Shown: positions 36,031 to 47,479 of the stretch, piece after piece | Position numbering within the stretch: position 1 is the first letter of the stretch | How the letters are laid out: each line of letters starts with the position of its first letter | Source: Camelus dromedarius | Taxonomy: Eukaryota | Assembly (NCBI RefSeq): GCF_036321535.1 | Contig: NC_087438.1 | Location: 1,738,001-1,802,000, forward strand | Direction of reading: 5' to 3' | Length of the DNA stretch: 64,000 nucleotides | Made by a program: the position numbers and the translations under genes | The notes under the pieces: model-generated | What the model saw: the letters and a program-made list of their open reading frames with translations, nothing else | Database searches by the model: none | Told to the model about the DNA's origin: nothing

Positions 36031-36627
36031 TTTGTCCTCAACCCGCCACCCATGAGAGGATGCCCGTGACACCTGCTTTCAGTGCAAACTCTTCCCACCC
36101 GGAGCCCCCACCCCGTTTCAGAAAGCAGTGGAATCCGTCTTTGTTTCTGGAGGGAAAGCCCAGTGAAAGGCGGAAGGGTCTCAGGACACGCTCGGTGGGA
36201 CCCCCATGGGAGAGGGTGTCCCTCAACCTTCTCTCAGACCAGAGTGGGGCGGGGGGCTCGGGGTGGGGAGGCTGCGGACAGCACCCTGGCCATCTGGCTG
36301 CCCTACTGGTGGTGGTGTGTGACAACTGTCTGCCAAGAGGAGAGGGCTTGGGTGGGAGGGGACAGGCCTGCAGCTCCGTCAGCCTGTGACCCCGAGCTTC
36401 CTGGCTTCGCCTCTACTGGGGCCACGCTCGGTCTGTTTTGGGATGTCCCTCTGCAGGGACTCACTCTGGCCCCCTTTAGTCTGCTTTCCTGTGCTCCAGA
36501 CTCCACTCAGCTGACTTGCACTGTGATGTTGAAACCACTTGGAAGAACCCACTGCACTTCTGCTAAGTCTCATTCTCTGCAGCCTAATGGCCTGTGTCTT
36601 CTGCAGAAGGTCCCATTGCTCACGTAG

Positions 36628-36850
36628 GTGTGTGAGTCTGCTCGGGCTGCCATAATAGAGAGCCGGGCTCCGGGTGGGGCCACAGGGCGGGGTGGGGCAG
36701 AGCTTAAGCAACAGAGATTTACTGTCTCTCGGTTCTGGCGGCCAGAAGTCCAAGATCAAGGTGCAGGACCCCACTCCCTCTGAAGGCACTGGGAGAGGGG
36801 TTTTCCCAGCATCTCCCCTAGGTTCTAGGAGTTCCTTGCCTTGCGCATCA
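36628..36850 (-). mobile_element. MLT1 LTR partial
   Basis: gagtctgctcgggctgccataat...gcttaagcaacagagatttactgtctctcggttctggcggccagaagtccaagatcaaggtg...ctccctctgaaggc. Confidence 0.82.
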
Positions 36851-36859
36851 GGCCTCTGG

Positions 36860-36990
36860 GGTAAGATATAAGATTATCTCCATCTCACACATGAGGAAAC
36901 TGAGTCCCAGAATGATTAAATCAGTTGCCCAATATTTCACAGGCAATTTGGTAAAAAGTGGTCTAGACTTTCTGCCTGGCGCCAGATTCT
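36860..36990 (-). mobile_element. MIR fragment
   Basis: attatctccatctcacacatgaggaaactgagtcccagaatgattaaatcagttgcccaa is the antisense MIR core. Confidence 0.8.
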
Positions 36991-37039
36991 ACCTCAGTTC
37001 TCACAAAGCTACACATTTTACCATCTATGTAAGTTTCTT

Positions 37040-37570
37040 TAGCCTTCCTTTATTTTGAACTTGATTTCTTCGAAAAACTTCCAGTTGTAGAATTACTAGA
37101 TTACAAAAGAGGTCAAACAACTAATCTCTGCTTTTATGTGTTTCCAAAACACAATTTGAATTGTCAATTTAAAAAAACTAGAAAAAAACTAGTTTTTCAA
37201 AATTTCTTGAAGTATGTTTACTGTTTCATGTCTTATTGCATTGGCCTAAATCATCAAAATAAACTTTAATAATAATGTGGTTGCAGATATTCTTGTTTTC
37301 ATTCTAATTTAAAATGTAACCCTAGTGTTTCCTGTAATTATAATTTTGTTGATTTAAAATTTTGTCTGTTGTTGATTGATCACTCCTTTCATATTAAGAG
37401 AATGTTTGCATTCCCATGCTTCTGTTTGAATTTTAGAAATTTGAATTTTATCAATTGCTGCCTCTCCATGTATGAAGCTCACATAGTTTAAATTATTTAA
37501 TTTACTTCTGTGGTGCAAATATAGCATTTTTTTTAATTTAAAGACATCTTGTAGATAAATCATCATGTGG
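37040..37570 (-). mobile_element. Highly diverged L1 ORF2 fragment
   Basis: T-rich with motifs tcttattgcattggc, atattcttgttttcattct and gaattttatcaattgc. Confidence 0.55.
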
Positions 37571-37740
37571 AATTGACCAAGTCACTTCAGATCAGCAGAA
37601 CAAGCATGGCGTAGGAGATGTCTTTATACTTGAGCAGTGTTTGGACTGTTCTTCAGCCATAGGGGAGAAAGCACATGAGTCAATTGATGGGGCTGAAATG
37701 ATCCCTCCAGGTGCCTGCTGCACACCGTGGTGGCGTCCTG

Positions 37741-37890
37741 GCACACACTCATGTATGCACACACACGCATGTGCATATACAAGTGGAGATGCAAACGCAC
37801 ACATGTATACGTGCAAACACACACAACACACTTCACATACACAGCACACGCATGAAGGCACATACACTCACACTCACACACACAGGCACG
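37741..37890. repeat. Degenerate (CA)n-rich low-complexity tract
   Basis: Direct reading; source of the His/Thr- and Cys/Val-rich ORFs. Confidence 0.85.
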
Positions 37891-40800
37891 TGCGTTTATC
37901 TCCACAATCTCTCTGCAAGGCCACCTCCTGCAGGGCCTGTGCGGTCATCCCCACTTGTCAGACCTCCTCTGTCTCTGACCGTCATTGGGGCTGTGGATTC
38001 GGGAAAGGGCTGGCTCTACCATAAGGGGAATTTCTTTCTGATGCTGTAGGAAAACGAAATCCTGATCAGAAGAGCATTAATGTTCACACCAGTGAGTGGC
38101 AGTTGCATCCCAGCCCGACTACTAAGAGATCAGCTCTTAATGAGGTGACTTCACCTGGAGACACGGCTTCAAAGAGTACCCTTTGGTGGGTCTGTGATAT
38201 TCAGACTGTCTATGATACAAGCTAAGTAATTTTAGTAATTTTTACCTCTTCAGATATTTAAATATCATTTTCCTTACTTACTGTTTTGATACATTTTGAC
38301 CCAAGTTGCCAACCAAATACCCAACTGCTGTCCAAAAAAGCTGATCTGTTTGCGGTGGCTAAGGAAAACGATCGCGAGCAGCATCAGTTCGCCGGTGGGT
38401 GGTCTGCAGCGGCGTTTTCCCCACAGTGAGGGGACGATGGAGCGTGAGTTTAGACGTTAGCATGACACATTTAGGGGTCAAACCCATGAGAAGGAATTTT
38501 CTGAGTCTTTACATTTTCCTATTTCAGACTTGTGTTGTATTTTACTATCTTATTTCTTAGTCTTTTTTTGCTAGAGAAAGAAAACAAAAAGACGATTGAG
38601 CCAAACATCACTATTTGAAAGCTGAACACAGACACCAGACTGAGGGTCACTGCCACGGCCTTGGCCCCTGACGGCTGATCACAGCCTCCCCACACCCAGA
38701 ATCCTTCCTCCATTTGACACCACCCTGTTATCCCATTACAGTTGCAAAAATTTCAATACCTTTCTTGGAAAAGCAGTTGTGGCCATGAGGGTATTTACAG
38801 GCCATTTTAGTGACTAGGATGTTAGGTTTATTCTAAGAGAAGGTGGTCACAAAACTGCAGAAGCTGCGAAGGGCACAGCTGTCTGGAGTCTTGGGTCACG
38901 CACAGGGACTGCCTGCTACTATCCCACTCAGAGCACCTTTGCAGGCCGCTGAAGAACTGCTTCCGTGTAAAGTTACGTTTCCCCAAGTGGAACCGTTAGT
39001 TCCCCTTGTTTGAGTCCATTTTCCACTATGAAGCGATAGGGGAAATAGTAAGTGCCTGCCTTCACTCGTTGGCCCCAGTGCCTGCTGCCTAGTGATTCTG
39101 GCAGCGACTTTCCGGCTGGAAACATCCAGCTGCCGCGCCTTGTCGCCTGCGCGTTTCAGTTAAGTCGCAATATCGTGGCCTTGAGGGGCACTTCCATTGT
39201 TTGAAGATGTGGACATACACATTGTGATCCTTAAAATTTAATCCCAGAAGATCTGTTCATCAGATACGTAATGAACTCCTACTGAAGTTACGGAGCTAGA
39301 TGCCTGGAAAGTTTCTGATATTTCTTTAGAGAATTCTTGCGATTCTTCCTGAGCTGTGTTATGAGGGAGAAAGGAGATTCCAGTCTATGAAGATTCTGTG
39401 GCCTTTGCAGAAACCCTGACCTGACATGCCAGTGCCGGTTAGTGCTCTCTGGGAAGCCTGGGACTTGTAGGAGGGCTCGGCTCTGTTCTCACATTCAGAG
39501 GCCGTGGAAACGTCTCTGGTGGACGTGGAATTTGCATTAGCAATTTCCTGTGTCCTACCAAGAATTTTCTAGCGCCACAAGCTTGGCTTCCATCAACTAG
39601 GCAGTCCCTGTTATGTACACAGACCTGTGCTTCATTTTTAATTCAAGAAAGCCTTTCAGATCTCCCCTTGTCCTTTGCAATCCTACGTTTCATTTTATTC
39701 TTCTTAAATGCGGGGAGTTCAATGGCTCTCAGAGCAGATAAGCTCAAAGATTGACATGGAATTCAGGCATGGTTTGGACCAAGCCTCTGGCTCTGTTTGG
39801 CTATGACTCTCTGGAGCTGCCTCCCTCAGACGCTTTCTCCGGGCTCAGCCACCTGAGTGGAGTCACAAGGCTCCAGGAACCAGGCACTGGGCCAGGAACT
39901 GGCTTGTGCCCATCGGCCTTCCAGTGCTACCTGCCTGCCTCCAGGTCCTGCTGCAGGCAGCTTCCCCTGGAGCAGACAGCCTACCTGGGGAGGATGAGGG
40001 GTGCGATGGCTATTCTCCGTGTACCTCAGTGCACCGAGAGAAATTCAGTGGTTTTGATCATGCTGTTGCAAGCTTCAAGGGTTGGTCATAGGGATGAAGC
40101 AGGTGATGGCGCAATCTCTGAAAAGAGGAACAGAAGAACCTACCTGCTCTGGCCTCAGGCTGCACCTGCCCTTACCTGGTCCACAGGACGGCATCCCTGT
40201 AGTCCAGTTAGTGAGGGCATAAAGCAGGAAGTTCCTGGGCTCCGTCCGCCATCACCTGACCCCACCTCTGCGTGATTTTGGACTCAGACCCTCACCCTGA
40301 CCCCAGTCCCAGCCTCTGGGCTTGCATCCCAGTATCGCGAGCACAGCCCTTTCCTGGTACGTTAAATCAAGTTGCTTGCTGGGCAGGCCCTGGAATCAAA
40401 CGTGGGCTTGTCCCTGGCTTTGGTTCCTCTGCGCCAGACAGCTGACTGGGAGGAAGGGGCAGTCCCAGATAAGTCCATCAGACAGCATTTCCAGATAGTG
40501 GAATCACCAAGCTCTCCTGGACCAGGGCCCCCAGCTCTGTGCAACCTGGAGGAGTTTCAGGGCCACAGCATCCATGGTAGGAGGCCACACCCAGCAGAGG
40601 CTCCTGGAAAATCCAGAGGCCAGACGTTTAACAGTGGCTCAAGACAGCAGAGGGACTCAGTGCAGTGAAATAAAATGGCATTTAAATCCAGACTCTTGCC
40701 CTCAGGGTGCTGCTTATTTATTTACTTGTTTATTTTCCTGGAGACAAGTGATTTATGCAGATGGTCATAAATCAGCACTCTTTTGTGCAAGTGCATTTTC

Positions 40801-43800
40801 CAGTTTAAAGGATGCTAAGCCATCATCACTGTTGCCACAAATTCAATGCCATCAGAGAGGTAAAAACAAAGAACCCAGAGACCTGGGTGGGGTGTGTGTG
40901 CAGAGCCACCTGCCTGCGTGAGCAGGGCTTCCGTGGAGCAGGGCATCTACAAGCCATGGGCAGGAGGGCCGTGCTGGGGACCAGCGTGGGGCCAGGACGC
41001 TGGGAAGGGCTGTGAACTTCTCTCTGCAGCGCAGGAGCCAGCAGAGGCCTGTGAGTCAGGAAGTGACCTGAATCCACTTTGACTTTTACAGGAAACTCTG
41101 GCATTGGCAGAATGCATCAGTTACGGACGGGCAAGTGGGGCGGGGGGTGGCTGGGGTGGCTGGGGTGACAGTGACGCCTAGGGCCGTGCAGAGGGGACGC
41201 GGATGCCAAGACACGTGGCAGGAGCGGGGAGAGAAAACAAGCGTGGTCTTGAGATTTCACGCCAAGTGAAGGAGAGGATGGAGACCCCGTCTACTGACCA
41301 GGGGCACAGGTGAAGATGAAAGGAAGAAGCCTGGCCAACTGGTCAACCCCCCATGTCCGCATGGACCCTCACAGCCAGGATGGAGCTAAATGGGGGGGTC
41401 GTCTCCCGGGGAGGAGCCTGTGAGGGAAGGATCTCTCAGGTCACAACCGCCCTGCCTGGGTGCCTCCTGACCCACACCTCTCCCTCCTGGGTTCCACTCC
41501 ACTGCACCCCGAGGCTGCGCTCCACCACCACCTCACCAGGCTTGGGAGCTGAGGCGGGAAGACTTGGAACCAATCGCTGGTGTACGTCAACTCCCGAGGG
41601 ACAAGTGGGGTTTAGTCTGGGGGATGTGAGGGGCAGGGCGCTCTTGGAAGATGGAGCCAGTGACCAGCACAGAACCAGACACACGTGTCGAGCACAGTCT
41701 GGACGCAGAGGGACTGGGTGGAGGAGGAGCCAGGGTCAGCCCAAGCACTCTGACTCCAGCATCTTTGCAAAGGAAGATGCTCATTGGAAGTAAGACAGTC
41801 CGAGTGCCGGCGACTCCGATGCCAGGAGGAGGGGACCAGCTGGATGGCCACAGCCAAGAGGTCAGGGCGGGCCACGATGGCTGAGCATGGCGCTCTGAAT
41901 AGATCAGATTCCACGAGTGAAACAGACTCAGGAAACCACTTTTGGCAGGAGGTGCTGGTGGGGAAGCAGGAACATGAAACAGCTTCTGGAAGTTTCCACG
42001 GAGGATACAACCTGGGTCCAGAAGCTGACGGCCCCTCCGAGGCCGCCACGCGAGGGAGCGTCTTTCACTCTGCTTTCAGCCTGTCCTCGACAGACGTTCC
42101 CGAGGAAGCTGCTGGCGCAGAGGAGCGGGTCCCCGGGCCGCCGACCACTGCCGCCCGCACACACGCGGGCCGCCGCCCCGTGCCCACAGGCGGCCCAGCT
42201 CGGCCGAGACAGACCGCTTCCAGCTCCGAGCGGGTCTCGGCCTCCCCGCAGCCACAGGCTAGAGGTACTTCAGGTCTAGATCTGTTACTACTGCTCGTAA
42301 TAATGCAAGTGAAGATGGCTTTGCTCCTCTGAAGCGCTCCGCAAAAACTGGTGTTCCCGAGGCCTGCGTGGGTGTTCCTGGTCGTCCCTTCCTCCCGTCT
42401 CCAAGATAGGTGATGCTTCATCACATCTGCTCCTTAAATGCCAAAGGGATGGTTGGCACAATGCGGATACGCCCACAGGAGGATGGCTCTGAGGGCACAG
42501 ATCTTCACCTCATGCCTCACGGTCCCATCAGTCAGGTCTGCTGGGCTCTTTGACTTCTATGAAGGGATGCCTTTTAAGTGAGGGGCACGCCCACGCCTGG
42601 AAGTGTCTTCTCCCTCCAGACCATCGAGCCCTGCCTCTTCCAAGTTTCCCGTCAGTCGAGGAGGCTGGGCGGCAGAGCCGGGGCCAGCGGCGCCCCGTTT
42701 TTCCCAGCAGGGGCCTCCGTGGGGGCCGTGCAGCCTGGTGGCCTTAACCAGTAATGACGTCCTCGGGGCTCAGTCCTGCACACCTGCTAATCTTGGTGGC
42801 TGTTTACATGCCACTGTTTGTTAAATGGCAAAGCTTATTGATTTGGCAAATCCAGTCCCACGTTGTAGACTTTCTCTCAGCCCGTGTTGCTACACGCGCT
42901 TCAGCATTTTTAAATGTCAACCGCAAAGTATTATTGATCGGTAATTAAAAGTGCAGAGAAAAATTAGCATAGTAGAAGTTTACGGTCATTAGTACAAGTA
43001 CCGTGGGGCAATTATTTAGCATGTTTTAACATTTATTTTCCTTCCTGTTATTGACAGAGTATCAGGCTCGCCCAACAGTTTTTGTTTTGCTAAAAAGGAA
43101 AGTTTCAACATCAATAAGAATTAATGACATACAATCCTTTTTGAAAATGTGCCTGTTGGTTTTCCTGCCGTAGAAATAAGCTAATCCATAGGGTCCTTTG
43201 TGCTCCGACGAGAATGGAGTCTGGGCTTCGTGGCCAGCCAGAGGGCTGAGCAGGACTTCCCAGGAGCAAGCGGCGGGGTCCCGGTGAACCTGAGCAACGA
43301 CCCGCAGAGGGCAGGCGGGCAGGTGAGCGGGACCAGGGGTCATTCTGCTAACCGTGTCTCCCAGACTCTCAGCCACAGTGCGGATTTTAATATTCGACAT
43401 TGTGTCCTTGTCAGTGTACTCCACTAACCGGGTCACGTGGACAGATTTTTATTCTCAAAGATGGTCTCCCTGCTAGATGTTACCACTGCCCTCAAAAGCC
43501 TGCTTCAGTCTTGTTCAAACCTAAAGCGCGAAGCCAACGACTGGAGGGTGCTGGCGCACGTGACTGTGCGCGGCTGCGGCCAGCGGGCTTTGGTGGCTGT
43601 GGGGCGGGCGTGGGGGGCACTGCTGGTGGACACTGGCCTGGCCTGGGTGTTATTTTGAGCCAGTGGAGATTCACATGCTGGAGCTTAGTGTCGGACCTGG
43701 GAAGTCAGAGAGATGGGTCTGAGCTTCAAACCCAGGTAACTAGGGCTGGGGGTCAAAACCAGGCCAGGCGGAAGGCAGGGGGCTGGGATCTCCGTCCCTA

Positions 43801-46800
43801 GAGCAGGGGTTCAGTCCCCACCCCTTCATCCTTGGTCTGTTCACTCAGTCAGCCCTGCACCCATTCCCTCGGCCTTCAGCGACTGAGGCCCTCGAGGGAC
43901 CTGGTGACCCCCTGTGGGTGGGCAGACCGGCTGCCCTTGCCCAGCGTGGAGCCCCCACTGAGGGCAAAGCTTAGAAGAAGGGTCTCCCTGGGGCTGCCTG
44001 TGACAACCCCCGGGGTCTGGGTGGGAGCAGAATGCTGATGTCCGCGCCCCAGCCCGCTACCTGATGCTCCCGTAGCCTTGCTGAGGACCCCCAGGAGGAG
44101 GGGCTCTGATGCCCAGAGGGGCCTCTGCCCACCAGCGGGCTGGGTGGGCATGTGTATCAGGCCACATGGTTCATAGTGGGGACAATGGTGCAAGCTGTGT
44201 CCCCAGAGACAGGGACACTGGGGTTCACCTGTGCCCGCCCGGCTGTCTTTAGGGAGGAAGTGGAAGTTTCTCTACAACCTAGTTGGGGGAGCAGGCAAAA
44301 CCAACACACAGATGCGGGGTGTCTGCAAGGATTTGAAATCTCAGCCAGACTGGGGGCGGAGAGGAGCTGGGGGCGGGGAGGGGGTGGGTGGGTCTGCTGC
44401 GATGAGGTCTTGGCCCCCCCACCTCTCTGGCTGCCTGAGCGGAAGCTGCATTCTCCAACACCAGCATGGCCACCTGAGGCCCCGAACCTGGCTCACTTGG
44501 AACAAGGGGCACTTGGAGGCTGGGAGGCTGGGCTGGGCCCCTGCACTGCCTGTGGGGTCGGGTTGCAAGGCCCACCCTGCCTCTCCTGGTGACGAGGCTG
44601 GGGCTCCCGAAAGGGCAACAAGAGGATTTCAGGTGAAATTAAGTGGAAAGCGATCAGTAGATCACTTGAGGACGACTGGGTTCCTGAAGCTTGGAAACGT
44701 CTTGGGAACCCACACAAGAAGGTGACTCACGAGGACAGAGGCAGGAGAGAGTCGCAAAGGAACGTTTCACTTAATAATTGAGTGAGCTATTTTTTCAAAG
44801 AAGTGAAATCTGTTGAAAGCTCCGTTTTCTTTTGAGTAATAAACTCTATACCAGAACAACAAATAACCAAATAATTAAAGCAAATCCAGTCTCTCAAGGC
44901 AAACACCCTTTAAACGGTCCTTAACTTGCTTTTAAACACAAATATTCAGTCACGCCTACCCCTTCAAAGACTCTTTCCCCGCCTCGCCTTCCAGCTGTAA
45001 CCGCGCTGCCCGCTGCTTCACCTGCCGGCGGCGGCGGCGGCGGCCCCTACCCCGCCGGGTGCGTCAGCCTGAGCTTTCTCTGCTAGTGACGGGCTTGACA
45101 CAGTAACCTGCACATGTTGTCACTTAAGGTCACTAATATCCTGGATGGTGTTGAATTTTGTGTGTAAGATAGGACATAGAGCAGAATGAAATATTTTCAT
45201 TTGATTTCTCCAATTTCTTTTACACATTTGACCTCCCCCGTTCAAATTCACCGCGCAGCCTGTATTTGGACAAACTGCAGGCCTTCCCAGGGTTAGGGGC
45301 GCCTGTTGCTTAGCAGCTTTCTCCCTATGAAGATTACCTGAGAGGAAATTTTAAAAAAGAGAATTACCAATGTCTTCCTTTTATTATTGTTATTTCTTTA
45401 AAATATTATATTTATTTATAATACAAGTTCATATTTATGCTTCAAAGTGTACAGATAGGACCCCCAAGGCTCTGTGAGATAACTTGCAGGTTCCCACCTG
45501 CCTTCTGGGAGGAGGCACTGGACCCCGGCTGCTCACAGACAGGGCAGACGGGCCCAGGGGCAGCGAGAGGCTGGCTCCAGGTCGAGAGAGAGGCTAAGCG
45601 TGGTGCCTGGGTTTCCAGCTGGTCTCTGAGTGCCCCTTGTCACCCTTACACGTGCAGGATCACATTCTGAGTGTCACCCACAGAATCACACTCCGAGCAT
45701 CACCCACACTGCAAACATCTGTCTTCTCATGGCCAAGCAAATCCACTTCCAACAAAGAAAAAGACACCTATAAAATACTGTGCAAATACAGAAAGGTATT
45801 TCTCAGCCATTGTTCCAAAGCAAATGAAAATTATCTCCCTATTTATAACCCGGAGAAAAATGTCCCTGCGTTTCCTTTGTTAGAAAGAATGTTCTACTTT
45901 GCTTTGCATCTTTGTACTTTATGAATATTAAAAACAAACATTCACAAGGGTTAGCCTTTCAGGCTCCAAGAGCTGAATCTGGTGGTGTCTCCGGAAACTT
46001 GGGAGGAAGAGATTATGTATCAGATGGTTCTTTAAAACAAAATGTCTTTCTTGAAGTGCCACAGCGCCAAGGGCTTCCCTGTGGCTGGTAGCTCAGTCAC
46101 GGGAGGATCTTCCTTACGTGCACGTGCGGGGGCATCTGCAGGGCCGGGCTGAGGCTCACGGCTGGCTCGTCACCCCATAAACGCAGAACCGCCCATAATG
46201 CTCCCCTGTTCAAACTGCAGTGTCATGTGTGTTTCCGGAAAGAAGGGGTCTGGTGCAGAAGGCATTGAGAATGACTGACCACCAGCCTGGCCTCCCGTCC
46301 AGACCCTTTGATGGAATTAAAGTCAATCGCTTTGAGTGGAATAGTCGTGTACTGGTTGGAGGCCGTGCAGGGACGGCCCTGGCCTTCTGGGGCTGCGCTG
46401 GGGTGGGCACAGGGAGACACCGCCGTCGTGACGGGGCCTGAAGTAAGTGGATGGCTTCCCTGGGACCTGAGGGCTTCTCTGATTTCCAGACGGAAGGTGA
46501 CAGCTTTCTCTTGCAGGGCTCAGCACATCCGTTTCCTCACTGCCCCTGCGTAGGCTGTGGTCCCCTCCAGGGAAGTGGGCGGGCTCTGTGTCACCTTCCC
46601 CCCCAGCAGTGACTTACCGGCGCACTTTCGATTTAGTAGTAACTACATAATACATGCTCATTACCCTGCATTACAGAATGAACAGGAGTCCTGCTGCCTC
46701 CGCTGCATTTTGCTGCTGATTGAGTTTTCATTTTGAGGCTCCTGGCTTCGCCTTGAGGTTCCACCAGCCGTCCAAGGCTCCGTAAGTGAGAGGGCGGAAT

Positions 46801-47422
46801 GACACAGCAGCGTGAAACGCGCTCTTCCGAACGTTCGAAAGATCGAGCACACAGAAAAGTGAAAAGTAGCATGCTGGCCGCAGAAGGAATAGTAGCCATA
46901 CTTACCTGGGAATTAGATAAAGAATTAACTATGCATTTGTTACAAAAGCACTTTTTGTAAATATGTACTTGTTATAAAAGTACCCTTGCCAGAGGCAGGT
47001 ATTGAAACTTTATTGAAGAAAGTCCCACAGAAGGTGTGTTTCTTCAGCACCCCGCCCCCATCGCACATTCTGAGACCAGATTCAGGGAATCTGGGCCTGT
47101 CTGTGGGTACGGAGGGGTCCTGCGGGACCAGACCTCGGAGTCATCTTGTACACATCTCCACCCCATCCATCAAGACAAAAATGATGAACAAAAAATGTGG
47201 AAGAGATGCAGAACAAAGTAAGAATGTAGCAATGGAATCTGACACAGATTGCTTCACCAGAGAACTAAGGGAGAGTCAGGAATCTGTGGGGACAGCAGGC
47301 ACCTCTGATTGGACAGCCCGGACCTGACTTGGTGGCTGCAGTGCTCTTGGGAAGGACCACCTCTCAGAACTCCGGTGTCCTCATCTGAAAACAGGGAGAA
47401 GATCTACCCTCCCCTGCCCCTA

Positions 47423-47479
47423 CGACCTTGAGCCGTGGGGGCGACCTTGAGCCGTGGGGGCGACCTTGAGCTGTAGGGG
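47423..47479. repeat. 19-bp tandem repeat x3 (CGACCTTGAGCCGTGGGGG) inside a MIR-like fragment (~47340-47490)
   Basis: Units start at 47423, 47442 and 47461; upstream tgtcctcatctgaaaacaggga is MIR core-like. Confidence 0.9.

Noticed and set aside
41784..42332. 182-aa ORF as a hidden exon or processed pseudogene
   Set aside because: Non-ATG start, no recognisable homology, and no poly(A)/TSD or convincing splice context.
47423..47479. CRISPR-like array
   Set aside because: Units are directly adjacent with no spacers, and the context is mammalian.
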